Part shown: positions 38,194-41,439 of the stretch, piece after piece | Layout: every line of letters starts with the position of its first letter | How positions within the stretch are numbered: position 1 is the stretch's first letter | NCBI GenBank assembly: GCA_965370265.1 | Contig: CBDUSL010000002.1 | Span: 1 to 41,439, forward strand | DNA length: 41,439 nt | Direction: 5' to 3' | DNA from: an uncultured bacterium | GTDB taxonomy: Bacteria; Patescibacteriota; Patescibacteriia; JAXHNJ01 | Notes under the pieces: generated by a model | Databases searched by the model: none | Told to the model about the DNA's origin: nothing | The model's input: the letters and a program-made list of their open reading frames with translations, nothing else | Made by a program: the position numbers and the translations under genes

Positions 38194-38255
38194 TAAACAT
38201 TCCTTTCAGTGCTAGTTAATAAACTTAATCCCTCAATTACTTAATAACTTAACAT

Positions 38256-38597
38256 ATGTTTAAAAATAATTTCAACTCAAAAAATCCAGGTTTTCAGCAG
38301 ATGAAAATCGGCGGGCGATGCCCCATTTGCCAGGCGATGTATGATTTTCAGAGCCTTCAGATTTTAGGGGAAAAAGACCATTCTATTCTGGTATTTATGC
38401 AGTGTCATGTTTGCCAGGCTTCAATTGTTTCCATTCTTTCTCTGGATCCAAGAGGGATGTCTGCTCAGGGTATGGTGACCGATCTTACCCCGGAAGAAAT
38501 AATAAAAGCCGGATTTACGGAATCAGTTTCTGTTGATGATGTTCTGGAGATGCATATAGTTCTAAAAAAAGAAGAACCGGTTGATAATTTTATTTAA
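38256..38597 (+). CDS. hypothetical zinc-ribbon protein (113 aa)
   Basis: CPICQAMYDF..(22 aa)..CHVCQASIV gives a CxxC..CxxC pattern. No family recognised. Confidence 0.55.
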   Translation: MFKNNFNSKNPGFQQMKIGGRCPICQAMYDFQSLQILGEKDHSILVFMQCHVCQASIVSILSLDPRGMSAQGMVTDLTPEEIIKAGFTESVSVDDVLEMHIVLKKEEPVDNFI

Positions 38598-38599
38598 CT

Positions 38600-38745
38600 G
38601 TCACTGCGAGGCCAAAGGCCGCGGCAGTCCCGATAATATACTTATTTAGCTTTTTGTCGGGATCGCCACGTCCCCTTCGGTGCCACTCAGGCCTACGCCT
38701 GCCGAAGCAGGCTACGGCCTGCGAAGGCAGGGTCCTCGCGATGAC
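38600..38745. repeat. 146-bp GC-rich MITE-like element (copy E) with imperfect terminal inverted repeats
   Basis: - Terminal repeats: GTCACTGCGAGG (38600-38611) against CCTCGCGATGAC (38734-38745), 10/12 complementary.
- Internal modules AGTCCCGA..TCGGGA and GGATCGCCACGTCCCC are shared with the tRNA-Lys insert.
- AGGCC-TAC-GCCTGC-CGAA-GCAGGC-TAC-GGCCT.
- GCCT-GCGA-AGGC. Confidence 0.5.
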
Positions 38746-38761
38746 AAAAGGTAATAACCAT

Positions 38762-38935
38762 ATGAAAAAAGGATCATGGAAAAAAGAAAGAACCACCGGC
38801 CGAAAATACTGTAAATCTGATGTTCACCCGGCCCCAAAAGCAAAAACTCGTCAGAAAATCTGGGTCTCAGCCTTCACGCGCAAGGAAAAAAAGATAAAAG
38901 GATATTTTCGGAAGAATCCGTATTATAGAAAATAA
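38762..38935 (+). CDS. very basic small protein, 57 aa (alternative in-frame ATG at 38741 inside the repeat terminus)
   Basis: MKKGSWKKERTTGRKYCKSDVHPAPKAKTRQKIWVSAFTRKEKKIKGYFRKNPYYRK. The N-terminal 36 aa of the track ORF (38654-) are a read-through of repeat E and were trimmed. Weak SD. Confidence 0.4.
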   Translation: MKKGSWKKERTTGRKYCKSDVHPAPKAKTRQKIWVSAFTRKEKKIKGYFRKNPYYRK

Positions 38936-38949
38936 ATTTTAGATAACAT

Positions 38950-39020
38950 GTCACCCTGAGGCTTTCGAAGAGTGATAAATGTCCACTGTCTATACTTCGA
39001 CAGGCTCAGCATGACAGTGG
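38950..39020. repeat. GC-rich MITE-like element (copy F)
   Basis: GTCACCCTGAGG (38950-38961) against GCTCAGCATGAC (39004-39015), 9/12 complementary. CCACTGTC..GACAGTGG stem (38983-39020). The core CTTCGACAGGCTCAG resembles copy C. Confidence 0.45.
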
Positions 39021-39090
39021 GTAAAGATTTAGAATAACAATTAATTTAAATTAATTTAATTAACTTAAAGAAATAAGGAGATATAAAAAA

Positions 39091-41091
39091 ATGGGAAAAA
39101 TTTTAGGAATTGACCTGGGAACAACTAACTCCGCCATGGCGATTATTGAGGGTGGTGAACCTAAGGTCTTGGAAAACAAGGAGGGAAACAGAACCACGCC
39201 GTCTATCGTGGCCATGTCTAAGACAAACGAAAGATTGGTCGGGCAAGTGGCTAAAAGGCAAGCGGTGACCAATCCGGAAAACACTTTGTTTTCAATTAAG
39301 CGATTAATCGGCCGCCACTTTTCTGACGAAGAAGTTCAGAAAGATATAAAAAACATGCCGTTTAAGATAAAACAAGCGGGTGAAGGCATTAAAGTGGAAA
39401 TGGGTGGAAAAGAATACACCCCCCAGGAAATTTCAGCTATGGTCTTAGGCAAGATGAAAGCGGACGCCGAAGATAAGCTGGGTGAAAAAATTACCGAAGC
39501 GGTTATTACCGTGCCCGCTTATTTTGACGACTCGCAAAGACAGGCAACTAAAGATGCCGGTAAAATCGCCGGTTTTGAGGTTAAAAGACTCATTAATGAA
39601 CCGACCGCGGCCGCTTTTGCCTATGGATTTAATAAAACTAAACAAAATCATAAGATTGCTGTTTATGATTTAGGTGGTGGAACATTTGATATTTCAATTT
39701 TAGAAATAGATAAAAATGAAGACGGTAATACAGTTGAGGTATTGTCCACTAACGGAAATACTCATCTTGGCGGGGAAGATTTTGACCATCGAATAATAGA
39801 CTGGATGATTGAAGAATTTAAAAAAGACCAGGGCATTGATTTATCTAATGATCAAATGGCTTTACAAAGACTTAAGGAATCAGCCGAAAAAGCCAAACAC
39901 GAACTTTCTACAGTCACCGAAACCGAAATCAACCAGCCGTTTATAACGACTGATACCTCCGGGCCAAAGCACTTGCAGCTAAAAATGAGCCGAGCCAAGC
40001 TGGAAGAACTAGTCGGTGACTTAGTAGAAAAAACTAAAGAATCTATGGAAATGGTATTAAAAGATGTGGGGAAAAAGAAGGGCGAAGAATTCAAGGTTTC
40101 AGATATTAATGAAGTAATCCTGGTCGGCGGACAAACCAGAATGCCGTTAGTTCAGAAAATGGTGGAAGAATTTTTTGGTAAAAAACCGAATATGAGCGTT
40201 AACCCAGACGAAGTAGTGGCCTCAGGGGCAGCCGTTCAAGCTGGAATGATACAAGGTGATTTAGGAGATGATTTATTATTAATGGATGTGACTCCTTTAA
40301 CCTTAGGCCTTGAAACACTGGGTTCGGTAAGAACTCCGTTGATTGACCGAAACACGACTATCCCTACTTCAAAAACTCAAGTATTTTCTACAGCCGCTGA
40401 TAACCAGCCTTCCGTGGAAATTCATGTGCTTCAGGGTGAACGGCCGATGGCGACTGACAACAAAACATTGGGAAGATTTATGCTTACCGGCCTTCCGCCG
40501 GCCCCAAGAGGCGTGCCCCAAATTGAAGTCAGCTTTGATATTGATGCTAACGGCATTTTAAATGTCAAAGCCAAAGACAAAGGGACTGGTCAGGAACAAT
40601 CTATTACCATTACTGCTTCTACTTCTCTTTCTAAAGAAGAAGTGGAGAAAATGAAAAAAGAAGCGGAAGTCAACGCGGAAGCAGACAAAAAAAAGAAAGA
40701 ATTGATTGACCTGCAAAACCAGGCTGAAACTTTAGTCTTTACCTCAGAAAAAGCGCTCAAAGACGCGGGCAAGAAAGTACCGGATAAGGATAAAAAAGAA
40801 ATTGAAGAAAAGCTGGAAGCTTTAAAGAAGGTTCAAAAGTCGGAAAAATTTGATGAAATCAAAAAGGCAGTAGAAGAGCTAAATGCGGTGGTTCAGAAAA
40901 TTGGCGAAGCGATGTATAAAAAACCCGCCGAAGGCGGGCAGGGAACGCCAAAAGGTGGCCCTCAACCTGGTGGACAAGCAGGTCCTCAGGGACAACCAGG
41001 TGCAAAACCAGGTCCAGATGCACCAAAAGAGGAGAAGAAAAAAGACGACAAAGGACCGGTGGATGCGGATTATGAAGAGGTTAAAAAGTAA
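39091..41091 (+). CDS. dnaK: molecular chaperone DnaK (Hsp70)
   Basis: [18 protein letters not shown].., ..[12 protein letters not shown].., ..[11 protein letters not shown].., and a G/P/Q-rich tail ending ..[15 protein letters not shown] lies upstream. Confidence 0.98.
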   Translation: MGKILGIDLGTTNSAMAIIEGGEPKVLENKEGNRTTPSIVAMSKTNERLVGQVAKRQAVTNPENTLFSIKRLIGRHFSDEEVQKDIKNMPFKIKQAGEGIKVEMGGKEYTPQEISAMVLGKMKADAEDKLGEKITEAVITVPAYFDDSQRQATKDAGKIAGFEVKRLINEPTAAAFAYGFNKTKQNHKIAVYDLGGGTFDISILEIDKNEDGNTVEVLSTNGNTHLGGEDFDHRIIDWMIEEFKKDQGIDLSNDQMALQRLKESAEKAKHELSTVTETEINQPFITTDTSGPKHLQLKMSRAKLEELVGDLVEKTKESMEMVLKDVGKKKGEEFKVSDINEVILVGGQTRMPLVQKMVEEFFGKKPNMSVNPDEVVASGAAVQAGMIQGDLGDDLLLMDVTPLTLGLETLGSVRTPLIDRNTTIPTSKTQVFSTAADNQPSVEIHVLQGERPMATDNKTLGRFMLTGLPPAPRGVPQIEVSFDIDANGILNVKAKDKGTGQEQSITITASTSLSKEEVEKMKKEAEVNAEADKKKKELIDLQNQAETLVFTSEKALKDAGKKVPDKDKKEIEEKLEALKKVQKSEKFDEIKKAVEELNAVVQKIGEAMYKKPAEGGQGTPKGGPQPGGQAGPQGQPGAKPGPDAPKEEKKKDDKGPVDADYEEVKK

Positions 41092-41104
41092 ATATATTTA
41101 AATA

Positions 41105-41140
41105 GGGCGGGCTTTCCAGCCCGCCTGAAATATTTTTTGA
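41105..41140 (+). terminator. intrinsic terminator after dnaK
   Basis: GGCGGGC-TTTCCA-GCCCGCC, then TGAAATATTTTTT. Confidence 0.7.
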
Positions 41141-41148
41141 AAAATAAA

Positions 41149-41231
41149 TCCACCTTTGCTCATTGCGCGTCGTTCAGGGCGGGCACCACCGCTATCGACT
41201 TCGCTGATTGAGTATGACTGGCGCGCGCCTT
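41149..41231. repeat. GC-rich repeat family copy D
   Basis: The GC island shares TCGACTTCGCT (41194-41204) with copy C. Flanking GCGCG..CGCGCGC. Confidence 0.35.
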
Positions 41232-41318
41232 TGAAAAAAGAGATTGATAGTATTCTAAGGAAATAATAATTATTATGCCCACTCCCCAAAAAATCACCGA
41301 CCAACTAAATATAAAAAA

Positions 41319-41439
41319 ATGAAAACTTTAATCACGGCTTTACATCTAAAACAAAAAATAAGTGATTCTGGCAAAGACTGGCATCATCATTGTTTGCCCA
41401 AGACTTGTTTTAAGAATGACACAGGGAAAGATATTATTT
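41319..41439 (+). CDS. 5' end of an ORF running off the window (hypothetical)
   Basis: ATG 41319, MKTLITALHLKQKISDSGKDWHHHCLPKTCFKNDTGKDII.. The frame is open to the window end. No SD and no family recognised. Confidence 0.3.
   Translation, partial: MKTLITALHLKQKISDSGKDWHHHCLPKTCFKNDTGKDII

Noticed and set aside
38689-38720. The hairpin AGGCC-TAC-GCCTGC-CGAA-GCAGGC-TAC-GGCCT considered as group II intron domain V.
   Set aside because: Domain V has an asymmetric 2-nt bulge and an AGC triad, not a symmetric 3x3 loop. No intron-encoded protein or other intron domains are nearby.
38590-38796. Track ORFs that read through the GC-rich repeats: 38590-38796(-), the first 36 codons of 38654-38935(+), 41098-41304(-), 9535-9726(-) and 9625-9852(+).
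   Set aside because: They are open only because the repeats are GC-rich and so poor in stop codons. They have no start signals, and their sequences are translated palindromes. Repeats of this kind are known to generate spurious ORFs.
38936-39090. Search for a second CIRCE element or promoter directly upstream of dnaK.
   Set aside because: No TTAGCACTC or GAGTGCTAA half-site, and no convincing -35/-10 pair, was found. Only repeat copy F and an AT-rich stretch with the dnaK SD are present.
9892-41231. GC-rich repeats considered as a CRISPR array or retron-type ncRNA.
   Set aside because: The copies are dispersed over 30 kb in separate intergenic regions. They are not regularly spaced and are not identical. 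No cas gene or reverse-transcriptase gene is present in the window.

Overview
AT-rich bacterial window (GC judged by eye, not computed), almost all genes on the + strand. Its gene content fits a small-genome Candidate Phyla Radiation / Patescibacteria-type organism; this placement is an inference. From left to right the window holds:
- **1-7961:** the S10/spc ribosomal-protein block (S3 to L15, no L30), then secY, adk and map.
- **7966-10970:** ruvX, a WecA-like GT4 transferase, a DUF192 protein and L21.
- **11025-13409:** a minus-strand recR-ybaB-dnaB block.
- **13682-17238:** tRNA-Lys, a P-type cation ATPase and a membrane protein.
- **17548-24857:** asnS, an array of five membrane-anchored surface proteins ending in a serpin, then aspS.
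- **24844-31064:** a YbaK-like deacylase, scpA/scpB and tpiA-fba-gap.
- **31288-35981:** tRNA-Glu, a GT4 glycosyltransferase and two C39-like peptidase-domain proteins.
- **36033-41091:** a CIRCE-controlled hrcA-grpE-hsp20 ... dnaK heat-shock locus.

No rRNA genes, CRISPR array, transposase or integrase were seen.

The most unusual content is:
1. The surface-protein array, whose last four genes share an identical MNQKG leader, a transmembrane helix and an Asn/Thr stalk, but carry unrelated head domains.
2. A family of GC-rich structured palindromic repeats in the intergenic DNA. Two copies are fused to near-consensus outward promoters that drive orphan minus-strand small ORFs.
3. A duplicated tRNA-Lys 5' fragment split by one of these repeats.
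4. A bacterial-type AspRS that lacks the GAD insertion domain.

All functional calls rest on motif recognition by eye. No database search was run.
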